From: Carpediemonas membranifera BICM
Lineage: Eukaryota > Protista > Fornicata
NCBI GenBank assembly: GCA_019828565.1
Contig: JAHDYR010000001.1
Coordinates: 124,001-188,000 of the forward strand
DNA: 64,000 nt
Direction: 5' to 3'
Part shown: positions 21,858-31,545 of the stretch, piece by piece
Position numbering within the stretch: position 1 is the first letter of the stretch
Layout of the letters: the number at the start of each line of letters is the position of its first letter
Made by a program: the position numbers and the translations under genes
The notes under the pieces: model-generated
Databases searched by the model: none
Told to the model about the DNA's origin: nothing
The model's input: the letters and a program-made list of their open reading frames with translations, nothing else

Positions 21858-24017
21858 TCACCCCAGGATCTCAGCCTCTCGATGCTTAGCCAGCACCTGG
21901 CTCATATCAGCCACGAAGAACCCTCTGTCCGTCACCGCCACGACGCGGCACCCCTCCAAGACAGACACTGCGGTGACCTCACCCATCCCTTCGTCCAGAG
22001 CCGCGAGAGCCATGAGTCCTTTCGAAGGATGGACTGCGGCAATGGTGCTGTCAGCCAGGCCGGCGACGATGACATCCCCGACTGCCGTGATGGAAGTGAT
22101 CGCAGCCGTCGTCCCAAGCCACGGTACAACGGTCTTAACAGTGTTCGTAGCCGACGCGATGAGTCGGGTCGAGTCGGTCGTCGCCACCGCAAGGCAGGGC
22201 GACCCCTCAAAGACGACCTCAGCCGCCCCGACCAGGGCCTGGACCTCCTCCAGCCTGGGTGTGTCCTTGGCAGAGCCAGGCACGCTGTCGTCGACTACGA
22301 CACCGAGCGGGCCGGCCGAGCTCGAGTTCTGGCGTTCACGGCGCACGGGTGGATCGAAAGATGGGATAGCAATTGCAGACAGCTCGCGTATCATCCTCTT
22401 TCGATAATTCGAGGCGGCCGAGGACCTTGACATCGCCTTGGTCGGCGCCTTTCTGGTATACCTGGACATTTTGGACATGACACTCATCGCCATCGGTGTA
22501 CTCTTCGTGCTGTCATCAGTATCTGGGACAACCATGTCTCCGCTGAGCAGGGGCTGGGCTGGGGGCGGGCAGGAAAGGTCGGATCGCCCAGAGGTCGGAA
22601 CGGAGACGCTGTGGATGATCGGCTGGACGATCTCGACAGTAACTGGGGCCGCTTTCGAGGGCCAGACCGTCTCCTTGTCTGCCGGTAGTTCCAGTGCGCG
22701 GGGCAGACCAGATCTGGGTGCGAAGGACCGAAGCTTGAGTGCGGCTCTCCACCATGCGCACGGTAGGACAGGCTCCGGGGGCGGGGCGGTTGGTGTCTCG
22801 CCTTCAGCTGTCACCAACGGATCTGCCCTCCTCGGCGACTGGGCAGGTGAGTTGAACGCGGGTCTAGCCTGCCTTGTCCCTGAGGGTGCATGGCCATCGC
22901 CGGAGGAGGGTGTTACTGCGGCCAGTGCGGCGCCCAGCATCAGGAGGTAGACCCTTGTGTTCGTGGTGGCGTTAACTGGGATTACTATGCCTGGCAGGTC
23001 AGCCTCGTCGAGCTGGGCGAACTTTGAGTAGAGGTTCTTCACCTCTGACAAGTCTGTGACAAAACGGTCACGGGCAAGAGACGAGAACCCCTCAACCGCG
23101 TCCATCTCCAAGGCATGTGTCAGTTCCAGCAGTCTGGTTGTCTCCCCACTGGACCGAATGATTGCTACCCTCCCACTAATGGTCGACGCGCACACGAACC
23201 CAGGCCCCACACCGCAGAGGAACAGCGGTGTGTCAGTAGCCGGGAATATGTCCACAGACTTGACTACGGTGGCTCTGATCTCGACTGCGGGGGCAGGTTC
23301 ACCGATGTCGTCGAGTTCTCCGTCGCCGTCGATGATCTGGTTCGGGTCCAAGACTAGTGATCCCGCAGTGGTATAGGGTGTCATGCCGTCAGCAACTGGA
23401 GTCAAGTCGAAGTCGACTGCAATTAATGATCCATTGGCTTGGAGTAGGATGAGTCGCGCCGTCGGGAGCTCAGTGAGGGTGTCGCGGACTGCTCCAACGA
23501 TGGATGTTGTGCGTAGCTCGGGAAGAGCTGAGACGCTGAGAAGGGAATACCCGTTCCAGATCTCGATTTTCCTTTCAAAAACGACGAGTTTGATTTGGTT
23601 CGAGAGGAAGACGGCGACGATCGAGTCAGCGATCGATAGGTTCGTGTGAACGTCGGTAATCGCCATGCTAGCATGCCTGAGCGACTTGACAGATTCGAAG
23701 TGCTTGTTGAGCTCATCTACGTCCTTGTTGTACGCGTCCTCGATCATTCGAACGGACTGGGCCAGGATACGCGCTTCAGACTCTTTAAGCTCGTCGAACT
23801 GTCGAAAGTCGTCGCGTCCGCTCTCTATTTGTGCTATAAGATCGAGAGAGAATGCCATTTTCTCGCCGGCAACGACACAGCCTTCGATTTCGTGCAGCAA
23901 GGTCAAAAGGGAGGCGTCGGTTGGCCCTTCAGTCTCTTCTTCGACGGGAACCTCAATTTCTTCACGAACTTCCCTTGGCTTAGAATAATTCAACGTCGGT
24001 ATGTGCAGTTCAGGCAT
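21858..24017 (-). CDS. Hypothetical protein (possible beta-propeller segments with a disordered insert)
   Basis: 719-aa ORF with coding-like composition; no family recognised. Confidence 0.65.
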   Translation of the reverse strand: MPELHIPTLNYSKPREVREEIEVPVEEETEGPTDASLLTLLHEIEGCVVAGEKMAFSLDLIAQIESGRDDFRQFDELKESEARILAQSVRMIEDAYNKDVDELNKHFESVKSLRHASMAITDVHTNLSIADSIVAVFLSNQIKLVVFERKIEIWNGYSLLSVSALPELRTTSIVGAVRDTLTELPTARLILLQANGSLIAVDFDLTPVADGMTPYTTAGSLVLDPNQIIDGDGELDDIGEPAPAVEIRATVVKSVDIFPATDTPLFLCGVGPGFVCASTISGRVAIIRSSGETTRLLELTHALEMDAVEGFSSLARDRFVTDLSEVKNLYSKFAQLDEADLPGIVIPVNATTNTRVYLLMLGAALAAVTPSSGDGHAPSGTRQARPAFNSPAQSPRRADPLVTAEGETPTAPPPEPVLPCAWWRAALKLRSFAPRSGLPRALELPADKETVWPSKAAPVTVEIVQPIIHSVSVPTSGRSDLSCPPPAQPLLSGDMVVPDTDDSTKSTPMAMSVMSKMSRYTRKAPTKAMSRSSAASNYRKRMIRELSAIAIPSFDPPVRRERQNSSSAGPLGVVVDDSVPGSAKDTPRLEEVQALVGAAEVVFEGSPCLAVATTDSTRLIASATNTVKTVVPWLGTTAAITSITAVGDVIVAGLADSTIAAVHPSKGLMALAALDEGMGEVTAVSVLEGCRVVAVTDRGFFVADMSQVLAKHREAEILG

Positions 24018-24037
24018 AATTGTGTTCGTTGTTCATG

Positions 24038-24179
24038 TGCCGCGCAGGATTAGACTTGTTGAGTCCAAAACACACAGTGATCCAAGCAGCATCAGGATCG
24101 CAGTGTGGTTCATCATACTCTATCAATCGTGCGCAGCATATCACGCGCGCTGCAGCGCGTGCTTGCTCAACTTAGCAAG
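24038..24179 (-). ncRNA. Candidate Fanzor omegaRNA scaffold
   Basis: Stems begin at the first base after the Fanzor stop: 24162-67/24174-79, 24142-48/24155-61, a long stem 24038-51/24125-38, and internal hairpins 24071-83/24095-107 and 24053-56/24062-65. Confidence 0.5.
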
Positions 24180-25274
24180 TTAATGATAGCGAGGAAGAGC
24201 ACCTCTCTGGGAGTCGTAGTGGAAAGGAGATTGCTCTATCTGATCTGAAGTTGCATCTAAGGTGCACCAAAGGATGTTCTCGCTGGCGCTCTTATCTCGG
24301 TGAGAGAGATTGAGAAGTATGTCAGACTGCTCGGGATGCCGACGTAGCCGTTCAACGCGCCATGGAGCTCCCTCGCACGCGGGATTCTGGCAGAGCATGG
24401 TGCGGTGTGTGTGCACCACACGTCTGAAGTGTGCTTTGCAGTATGGGCACACGATGAAAGTGCGGAATTCCGAGACCATCGTGACACTCACGACGACGTT
24501 GTGCCGGAGCATGATGCCAGGGAGAGCTCGAGCAAAGTGGCGGTACGGAGCACAGGAGGGAGTGCCGGCGGAACCGAACAGTGCAGCCCCATACGCGACT
24601 TCGAGATGAATGGGCTCCGGGGGGCGCCCGCCGAGATCATCCAGGAGTTGACGTCCAGCCCGGGCGAAGTGCTTCAGGCGCAGACAGTGATTGGCAAAAG
24701 TCGCCCGGCGGAAACACTTTCTCGTCCCCTCGTTGATGATCTGAACGATGTTCTCATGGACAAACCTAATCGACTGTTTGAGAGCCTCTAGACTTGTCGT
24801 TTTGAACGATGCTGCGCTCATATTCACGCGGAAAGAGGGGGTGGCAGTGTAGCCACACTTAGCGAGTACGCCAGATACACTATGCCCGTCTGGGCGGCGG
24901 ATCGTGTAGCCGCCCAGCGACCGAGCACCAGGGTCGAAGCCCATGAGAGCTTGAATGTCCGGGGCAGGAGTAGCCTCGGCGTCATCCTGACCGAGCCGAG
25001 CCCGCTTGTTGCTGCTACCCTTTTTGTACGTGGGCCGGTCAGCCACCCGACCGCCACGGTATTTCTCGCGACCCACCCAAACCGTCACAGCAACAGAGAC
25101 CCCGTCTGTCTTCACAGAGAGCACTCTGCGGAGCTTGGTGATGTCACCGTGATCACGCTCGTATCTATCAACCTGCTCAGTGGTCTAGTTCTTAGTTGCT
25201 GACCAATTCACGTGCACACGCAGGCGCCTCTTCATCGCTGGGGTGAGCGCTGTTACTCCGCGCTCGAGGGTCAT
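24180..25274 (-). mobile_element. Fanzor1/TnpB-like RuvC endonuclease, N-terminally truncated, with one in-frame TAG (likely pseudogene or spliced)
   Basis: TDGVSVAV; RuvC-I FDPG; VAYGAALF; RuvC-II VSEFRT followed by CPYC..LCQNPAC zinc finger; RuvC-III HRDKSASENI. The frame extends to ATG 25274 through a single TAG at 25185-25187. Confidence 0.8.
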
Positions 25275-25526
25275 GAACTCTTCCCAACTATAACCCCAAT
25301 ACACCAATTACGTACGGCTAACCAGCCGCTAGTCTTCGCCTCCGGGCAAGCTAATTGAAGTGGAGAGACGCACTGCTTGCACTGTGCACTCTATGATACT
25401 TCAACAAGAAGCGCATATATACGACCCATTCAGAAGGTTTCTCTCCTCACACCTTAGTCTACACTCATCCCATACAACCAACAGCAACCCTCTCCAACGC
25501 CCCATCCAAGTCTGCAATAATTTATC

Positions 25527-27473
25527 TCACCCTGAGATCCTCTTCCTCGCGATAACGACGGCAGCTACCGTCTGGTCAAGCCCGTTTTCCGCCTTGACCT
25601 CCACGAACTCCCTCTGACCACTCTCGTACCGGTAAAAGTTGGATATCCGCTCAGCAGGAAGAAGCTCGGGGCCGGAACCGTCGAGACGGATCAAACCATC
25701 GGCGTTCACTGCATAGACCGCCTTGTATGCGCACTTTGTCACACCGGCAAGGAGAACTGCGAATTGGCTACGACCGGACTTGGACGCCCCGTTGAGAGCT
25801 TCCAGGGCACGGGTTCGAGCCCCTTCGTCACCAGAGTTTGCAAGCAGGCTACGAATAGCCGCGGAGACAATCCTAGCGTTCCCCGTCCGACCAGCAGTCT
25901 TCGGCCGCACAGGAGAGACCCTCTGGCCCCTACCCTGGGCCTGGTTCTGCACGACTTCGCCGCCTCGGGGTCCGGCGGACGCTGGCGTGCCAGAGGCCCG
26001 GAGCCTTGCTTCGAGCTGAGCAGTGTAAGCGTGTCTCGAACCACTGAGTGACCCATCGTCACTTTCCTCCTCGCTTGGCCGTGATGCGATCTGCGGTGAC
26101 AAAGCCATGACAAGATTCTTACTCAGGTGCTCTGTAATCGTATCCAGTGTGCGAAGTCCAGTAGTCCTCGACGACACGGGCGCCATGGCGGCCACGGACT
26201 CGTCCTCGCCAGCCTGGGCGATCGAGGGCAGGGGCGACCTTGGATCCTGCTCGGACACAGCAAATGATTCGCCGCCGGTGATGAGGTCGTTGAGCGCAGT
26301 AGAAGCGGCCAGACGCCGCTGGAGCTCCTCATTGTCGGCGGTGAGCGCGGAGATCTTGTTGTGAAGCGCCGTCTCACCGCCAGGGACGGAGCGGGCGGTG
26401 GCCAGCTCCTCCCTGAGCGATGCAATGACTGCCTGCAGCGCCTCTTTGTCTGCTGTAGCTCTGGCTAGAGCTTCTGCATGCGCCGACCGCTCCATGGCCA
26501 TTGATTCCATCATTTTCATAGCATCAGATTTCATTCGACCGCTGCCCCGCTCTGACTGGGCTAGCTCCTCAGTTCTCATGTGGAGCGCGGTCTCGGCCTG
26601 GGTCGCGCGTTCCCTCTCCGCATCAAGCCTTGAGCTCAGCGTGCCCTGGTCGGTTTGGAGGGCAAGGACCTGCTCTTGGAGGGCCTCACAGTCGGACAAG
26701 AGTTCAGCATTGGTCTTCTGTAGCTTCAGCATGGCGTCGGCGAGAGAGTTATGCTTCTTGGTTGCCTCATCCAGGTCGGCCTTGAGCTCTCGTGCCCGGA
26801 TCCGGGCCTCGTCTCGTTCGACCGTCGCAGCTCTTACCTCGGCTCTTGCTTCCGCAGTTTTGACCTCTGCAGCTGCCAGCGCGTTCTCAAGCTCGATTAT
26901 TTGCTCGAGTGCGTGCTTCTTCGCCATTGTCACGTCCGTATCTAGAGATTCAGAAGCGGTCTGAAGTTCATTCTCAAGAATCATGCAGTGTGACTCGAGA
27001 TCACTGTTTTGGGCCTGCAGCCGGGATATCTCCTGCTGCTGTTTGTCCACGGTCTCGAGCAGAACCTGGCGCTGGGCCGAGGCCATCGTAATCTCAGTCT
27101 TGATGCATTCACGCATCGAGGAAATTTCTGCCATGACATTTGGAGAGGAGATAGATGCATCAGCGGTCTCGTTGAATCTGGATTCGTGCTTGGCAATGGC
27201 TTGTTGGGCAAGGCGAAGTTCGGCACGAAGGGCTTCAATACCATCGACAGCGGCATCTACGGTATTATCCATAGACGTATTAGTGTTTGGAGTGCTTACC
27301 AGGGGTGGAATGGCGTCCGCGAACTTCTCTTCGGGCGGGGAGACGACTTCCTCGCCGTCTCTACTCAAGGACGCCGCCACAGATTGCTGTTCGTCCTCGA
27401 GATTCTCATATGAAGCAATGACATCATCATGGATCTCACAGAAGCAAGACTCTGGCAGATCCTCTTCCGTCAT
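25527..27473 (-). CDS. Coiled-coil protein with C-terminal CKK domain (CAMSAP/Patronin-like)
   Basis: NARIVSAAIRSLLA...QFAVLL...YKAVY...DGSGPE...FYRYESGQREF fits the CKK pattern. Confidence 0.75.
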   Translation of the reverse strand: MTEEDLPESCFCEIHDDVIASYENLEDEQQSVAASLSRDGEEVVSPPEEKFADAIPPLVSTPNTNTSMDNTVDAAVDGIEALRAELRLAQQAIAKHESRFNETADASISSPNVMAEISSMRECIKTEITMASAQRQVLLETVDKQQQEISRLQAQNSDLESHCMILENELQTASESLDTDVTMAKKHALEQIIELENALAAAEVKTAEARAEVRAATVERDEARIRARELKADLDEATKKHNSLADAMLKLQKTNAELLSDCEALQEQVLALQTDQGTLSSRLDAERERATQAETALHMRTEELAQSERGSGRMKSDAMKMMESMAMERSAHAEALARATADKEALQAVIASLREELATARSVPGGETALHNKISALTADNEELQRRLAASTALNDLITGGESFAVSEQDPRSPLPSIAQAGEDESVAAMAPVSSRTTGLRTLDTITEHLSKNLVMALSPQIASRPSEEESDDGSLSGSRHAYTAQLEARLRASGTPASAGPRGGEVVQNQAQGRGQRVSPVRPKTAGRTGNARIVSAAIRSLLANSGDEGARTRALEALNGASKSGRSQFAVLLAGVTKCAYKAVYAVNADGLIRLDGSGPELLPAERISNFYRYESGQREFVEVKAENGLDQTVAAVVIARKRISG

Positions 27474-27806
27474 GATTTTGCAGCGTTGTGCATAAACTGC
27501 GAAATATTGATTCTGGAACTACTGCAGCTGGACAAGTCCTCGCACTGCTCGTATTCCACTCAAGTCCGCTACAAATCCAGCCAAGCCAGGTTTTTAGCCA
27601 GCATTTCCCGGCAACAGTTCATTACAGCTTCTTCACCGTCTATTCCCGGCCGTTTGAACCACAGCCCGTGTATTGGCGTGTTAGAGTGCCGACGAGGTCA
27701 GTCATGCCTTTTCAATCACTGACTCGCTACAGTCGATCGCCCACTATCGTAACCATGTCGAAGGAAACTGTACTACGAGACCGATATCGACAGCTGAATT
27801 GCTGAA

Positions 27807-29369
27807 ATGAATGCAAAACCAGCTCTGCTGGCGTCATTTGGCGTTTCACGCACCGCCACGTCCGCCATACCAGGGGACATCCCTTCCCTTCTCGCCCACG
27901 CCTATGCAACGCACGTTGGCGAGAAAATGCCGTCAATTAAGGACGCACATATTGCTTCACCGCCAACAAACAACACTTCAACGACGCTTCTGCTCGCCCT
28001 CATTGCCGACATCCCCCCTCTCGCCCCAGCTGCTCAAGCCCTCATTGACCGCGCCCGCTCGATCCTCATCGACGGTCCCCCGCTCTCCATGAACATCGAG
28101 CTCGAGAACGAGGAGGAGCTCCCGGTCGCCATGTACACCCTGCTCCAGGGTACCATCTGGGCATGTTTGCTGGCCGCTGGGGCCAACCCGGACCTCGAAG
28201 CCAAGCTCCCCAGCCGCCTTCGCGCAGTGTTAGACCAAGAAAGTAGGGCGCTCTGGTTCCTCTGCCGCAAGTTCTTCTTCTCCTACCAGGTTGCCGAGAA
28301 GGACGGCGAGTGCAGTATCAACAAGTGTCACAGCACATCCGACATGATCTGGCATCACCACCACCTATACAACGGCCGGCTCTTCATGCTCCAAAGCGGT
28401 GTTCCCGGCTTCGCCAGGGCCCAGATGCCCCCAGTGATCGAGGTCCACAGCGACGGGCCCTCCCACATTGCCATGACGCCCAAGGGCCTGTGGGGCTGGG
28501 GTGAGAACTCAGACGGCCAGCTCGGGATCCCGATAGCCCAAGTATCTGTTCCCACCCGGATCTCATTCAAGTCTTGCCGCCGAGTCGCACGATACGAAGC
28601 AAAGCTCCCCAGCTGGCGAAAGCAAGACCTTGTCCTCTGGATGGCTCGACTCGTCAGTCGGACGTGGATTCTGACACCAGCCGGGCTGATCATGGCCGGG
28701 TTCGAGGGGTGGCTATTCTTCCAGAAGAAGGTGAAGACCAAGGTTGCCTCGTTCCACCCTGTTTCGCTGCCGACTGGCTTTGTACCAGATCATGTCTCGT
28801 ACACCATGAGTGTGGTTGTCGTATCCACGGGCGATCGGCAAGTCATCGGTGGCAGAAACCACCATGGTCAGCTGGGACTCGGGCACCGTCACAGAGTTCA
28901 CGGTCTTGCCGAGCTTCCCTTCCATGCTGACAAGACGTTCGAGAGCCCATCCGCCACGGTATTTCTCAGCGGCCAGCAGCTTCTTTTCGCAGGCCGGGTG
29001 CCCCTCTCAATCGCCCAGTCGGGCCTGCTACCTGGGTTCGCCGGGAACACTAGCTGTCTCACGGCAACGCCCCTTCGCTTCTCCCAGCGTATCAAGGGCT
29101 TCCTGCTCACCACGACTGTTGCATGCTGGGTGACTGCCGGCCAGACCTACTATAGCGCCTGTGATGGGCGTTGGTTCATCGTATCTTTTGAGGCGACCTC
29201 ATATGTCGAGGGCTACTGCTTCAAGAACCGCTCGGGCCAGTGGTACACGATGAGAAGCGTTGGGCAGGGCGGTGTCGCAGGCATGGTGCAGTGCGCCAAG
29301 CCGAAGAGGTCCGCGATGCGTTGGCCAATCAGCTCGGTGGATGTGGAGGCGTGGGAGGCGCGTTCATAA
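27807..29369 (+). CDS. RCC1-like repeat protein, paralog of 16974..18686
   Basis: WGWGENSDGQLG, GRNHHGQLGLGH; shares RISF..VAR.EA, TPAGL..AG and LP.GF with the other copy. Confidence 0.78.
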   Translation: MNAKPALLASFGVSRTATSAIPGDIPSLLAHAYATHVGEKMPSIKDAHIASPPTNNTSTTLLLALIADIPPLAPAAQALIDRARSILIDGPPLSMNIELENEEELPVAMYTLLQGTIWACLLAAGANPDLEAKLPSRLRAVLDQESRALWFLCRKFFFSYQVAEKDGECSINKCHSTSDMIWHHHHLYNGRLFMLQSGVPGFARAQMPPVIEVHSDGPSHIAMTPKGLWGWGENSDGQLGIPIAQVSVPTRISFKSCRRVARYEAKLPSWRKQDLVLWMARLVSRTWILTPAGLIMAGFEGWLFFQKKVKTKVASFHPVSLPTGFVPDHVSYTMSVVVVSTGDRQVIGGRNHHGQLGLGHRHRVHGLAELPFHADKTFESPSATVFLSGQQLLFAGRVPLSIAQSGLLPGFAGNTSCLTATPLRFSQRIKGFLLTTTVACWVTAGQTYYSACDGRWFIVSFEATSYVEGYCFKNRSGQWYTMRSVGQGGVAGMVQCAKPKRSAMRWPISSVDVEAWEARS

Positions 29370-29461
29370 AGATTCTGTCCATGAATTAACTTGACTGTTT
29401 CACAGGAAAAGTGTGCCGCGGCTTTGTATTTACATTGGATAAGATATAGCATGTATCACAC

Positions 29462-31255
29462 TCAATCCCCGAGCTCGCTGATCCACCGCCTGATGGACGC
29501 ATACCGCCAGGTCCCCAGTCCGAGCGCACTCGACCCGACGCTCAGACTCAGCAACAGGACCACGGGCCAAGGCACGAGCTCCCCAAGCACGAGTACAGTG
29601 AGCAGCGCGAGCAGGCCCACGAACGCCCAGTACAATGGGATACCTCCGTCAGTGTATAAATGCTTCAGCTCAGAGTACCGAACCCGGGGTCTGACTGGCA
29701 GAGTCGGCAGGAGGGGGAGAACTGAAAGCGGTGAGAGCGGCAGGAGCATGGCGCTGGCCACGATGGCGATGGTGTCGACCAGCGCGGGCATGGGGAAGCG
29801 GCTGGGTTCCGGGGCGGCTGGGTCGGAAGGTGGTGCCCTTGGAGACGATGGTTCCGCGGGGGCTGCGGGTTGGGGCTGTTCTGGACCATCGGCCTGGACG
29901 GCTGAGAAGTCAGTGGGCGTGTCACATGCGATGGGCGTGCATGCCGCGCCCATACCGCCAAATGGAGAGGCAACTGAGGTCGACAGCACCATCTCCAGCT
30001 CGCCGGGGCGATCGCCCAAGCCGTCTTCGCGGGTCGGGTCGGGGCTCCTCTGGTGGAGCCGGCGCATGGGGAGCACGTAGTCGTCCTCCAGCTCAGTGTC
30101 TCGGTCAGCGCCCGCGAACAGCCTGGTACGCACCCTCGCGCCACCTCTGCGGCTGGCAGGCTCGACTGGGGGGGCACCACGGGTTGACTCCTCCACTGGC
30201 TGGAAGACTCGGGCGGGGCGGGTTCGGGTCAATCGCCTAAGCTCCTCGGACATGTTTTCGAGGAAGGGGGTGGCCATACGTCTCCGTACGGAGCAAAACA
30301 GGCGAGGGCTACGGAACAAGGCCGGACGTAGTCGAGCTCTGCACTCAACTGGATTGAGCATTGAGCGTATCAGATTTTCCAGAGCAGGGCTTGGGCGATC
30401 GCCGGGCCAGTCGAACCCAGGCGACCTCAGATAGTGCCACATCACACCGCTTTCAGGCACATCCAGGCCTGTCTGGAGCTCGAGCAGGGTCAGACCAAGA
30501 GAGAAGGTGTCTGCGCTCGGTTGGACCGGTAGGCCCTGCATGACCTCGAGGGCGATGTATCCAGCGTCGCTGACGACTGGAGCCGACCCAATAGTGACAG
30601 ATTGGCCGAAATCGCCCAGGACGTAGGTGGAGCCGAGTCTTAGGATGTTGTCTGGCTTAACGTCGAGGTGTACAATGCCATAGCGGTGTAGATGGGTGAG
30701 TCCGGCCTTGATTTCCTTGTAAACCTTCCAAATCTCCTGCTCTGGCATGGCCACTTGGTGGCGGACGAAAGCTTCGCACAGATCGTACTGAAGATACGCG
30801 TAGTCGTCCTCCACCCACGCCTGCTTCAAGGAAAGAAGGCATTTGTGGGAGTGGGGCAGGCTAGATGCGCGGATCTCCGAGATGAAGCGCTCAAGCATAG
30901 TATGGTCCGAGCTGATCTTGTACCTGGTCCGTTTGATGGAGTAACGCTTGCCGTCAAGCGTCCAGACAGCCGAATAGAGCTTGGAAAAAGTACCTTCGCC
31001 AATGTCGCTCGCATCTGAGAATTGGGTGAAGAATATGGACTGACGGGTCCCGAGATTGATTGTTGGATGATCCTTGTTGTCGAAAAACGGCAGAAACATG
31101 TCGCAGTGATGCAAAAACGACGTATATGCGACTTGTGTTGCCGAGGGCAACAATGAATCCATTAAAGCTTCCGCGCGAAGAGGAGAGTTATGTACTGCAT
31201 GACTTGGTGCTCGTGCGCGCCTTGGTTGTGTTCTTACTGCTTCCATCGTTCCCAA
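29462..31255 (-). CDS. Wee1/Myt1-family protein kinase with C-terminal transmembrane segments
   Basis: IGEGTFSKLY, YSIKR, QAWVEDD, HLDVKPDNI, LGDFG, DAGYIALE, W..LR; hydrophobic C-terminus. Confidence 0.85.
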   Translation of the reverse strand: MGTMEAVRTQPRRARAPSHAVHNSPLRAEALMDSLLPSATQVAYTSFLHHCDMFLPFFDNKDHPTINLGTRQSIFFTQFSDASDIGEGTFSKLYSAVWTLDGKRYSIKRTRYKISSDHTMLERFISEIRASSLPHSHKCLLSLKQAWVEDDYAYLQYDLCEAFVRHQVAMPEQEIWKVYKEIKAGLTHLHRYGIVHLDVKPDNILRLGSTYVLGDFGQSVTIGSAPVVSDAGYIALEVMQGLPVQPSADTFSLGLTLLELQTGLDVPESGVMWHYLRSPGFDWPGDRPSPALENLIRSMLNPVECRARLRPALFRSPRLFCSVRRRMATPFLENMSEELRRLTRTRPARVFQPVEESTRGAPPVEPASRRGGARVRTRLFAGADRDTELEDDYVLPMRRLHQRSPDPTREDGLGDRPGELEMVLSTSVASPFGGMGAACTPIACDTPTDFSAVQADGPEQPQPAAPAEPSSPRAPPSDPAAPEPSRFPMPALVDTIAIVASAMLLPLSPLSVLPLLPTLPVRPRVRYSELKHLYTDGGIPLYWAFVGLLALLTVLVLGELVPWPVVLLLSLSVGSSALGLGTWRYASIRRWISELGD

Positions 31256-31545
31256 TGGGAAAATCGACTCGTTGTCGCTTCGTTGAACTCGTCAAAGGTT
31301 CAGGGTCAGCAGTTATCCACAACGTTACGAACGCCACATAGAAGACATATCTAGGTCTAACCAACGGCTCTTTGTCCCCATCATGTTCTGGGCCGATTGA
31401 TGGAGGCATTGGGAGCCGGTCGACAACAGGCTGCGAGTACAGCAGTGTGTGGAAGTATACAGATCTATACGCGTCATCCGCCGTTCTTTCATTGCCTGTA
31501 GGGACTAGAAAACGGTTTCGCAGGTTAAGAATCCGCGAGCGCGCG

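Noticed and set aside
25280-25520. Left terminal inverted repeat for the Fanzor element
   Set aside because: No reverse complement of the 24020-24050 end was found by eye.
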